Below are positions 63,354-64,000 of a DNA stretch of 64,000 nucleotides, piece by piece. Every line of letters starts with the position of its first letter. The stretch's first letter is position 1. This stretch comes from Vicugna vicugna (Eukaryota). Both the position numbers and the translations under genes were made by a program. The notes beneath the pieces are model-generated. The model did no database searches. It had not been told where the DNA came from and saw nothing but the letters and a program-made list of their open reading frames with translations. The stretch lies in contig MU063499.1 of assembly GCA_013265495.1 (NCBI GenBank), positions 930,001-994,000 of the forward strand, in the 5' to 3' direction.

Positions 63354-63796
63354 ATGGCATCCAAAGGGGCTAGCATGTCTTTTTCCCGCAAGAGCTACAG
63401 GCTGACCTCAGATGCGGAGAAATCCAGGGTCGCAGGTGAGGGGTTGCAGGACTGGGAGGAGGCTCCTTGTGTTGAGGGAAGAAGGAGGAAGAGACAGAGG
63501 TGGCAAGGGTCCCAGGTCCAGTGAGTCTCAGGCTTTGCTGCACCCCTCGTACTGTGAGCCAGCTCTTCCCTGACAGCAGCCGTGGAGCAGGGTACCCAAT
63601 GTGACTGCTTCTCTGACCCCTGGACCTGGGACCAGGAGCCTCTGGGGCAACGAGAAGCTGAGAGCCACACTGACCATGTGTCCCTTCCCTCTCTTCTGAT
63701 CTGTGGCCCAGGCATCGTGCATGAGAAGCTACTGAATGACTACCTGCAGCGCATCTTTTCCTGTCCTGATCGGGCACCCACGGCAGCCACCAGCAG
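63354..63796 (+). CDS. RNF123: E3 ubiquitin ligase RNF123/KPC1, first two coding exons (63354-63435, 63712-63796); the gene continues beyond the window
   Basis: [28 protein letters not shown]|gtgag; ccag|[30 protein letters not shown]|gtatg. The synteny BSN-APEH-MST1-RNF123 fits. Confidence 0.93.
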
Positions 63797-64000
63797 GTAT
63801 GGCCGGGGGGATTGCCCCTCCTCTCCCTGCGGGACCAGACCAGAGGCTGGGAGTGGCATTGTAGGGAAGGGGGCCTGGGCTCTGGGGAGGCTGACTTGAG
63901 CTCCGTTCTCACTCTGCTACTCCTGGCGGTGACATCTGCGGCCAGAGAGTCTGCCTTCTGGACCCCACTTCTTCTTTTCCCCTGGCAGTGCTAGTACCTT

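Overview
This is mammalian genomic DNA, most likely from a camelid (one tRNA-Ala-derived Vic-1-like SINE; I saw no Alu, B1, BovA or PRE1). It is syntenic with human 3p21.31. The window holds BSN (bassoon) coding exons 2-10 and 3'UTR (+), a complete 22-exon APEH (+, 732 aa), an 18-exon MST1/MSP (-, start codon inside an N run), and the CpG-island promoter and first two coding exons of RNF123 (+). Introns carry old L2, MIR, MLT1, MER5, MER3 and L1M fragments. Eight N runs interrupt exons or the BSN 3'UTR. I find no evidence of a wholly new gene or system, and nearly all long non-exonic ORFs are GC-rich noise. The best leads are: (i) two introns after the BSN stop codon, a predicted NMD-sensitive layout; (ii) an array of six xQT(D/E) LC8-like motifs after BSN coiled-coil 2; (iii) an L1-mobilised, polyadenylated LTR retrocopy with a 16-bp TSD inside a MER3; (iv) a 42-bp templated insertion in BSN intron 2; (v) an AT-rich BSN UTR island with a miR-153 8mer and an internal AATAAA; (vi) loss of the MSP beta-chain N-glycan sequon; (vii) a uORF overlapping the RNF123 start; (viii) several stop-free in-frame introns in APEH and MST1. 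Comparisons to human or rodent sequences are from memory, not from alignments, and repeat boundaries are approximate.
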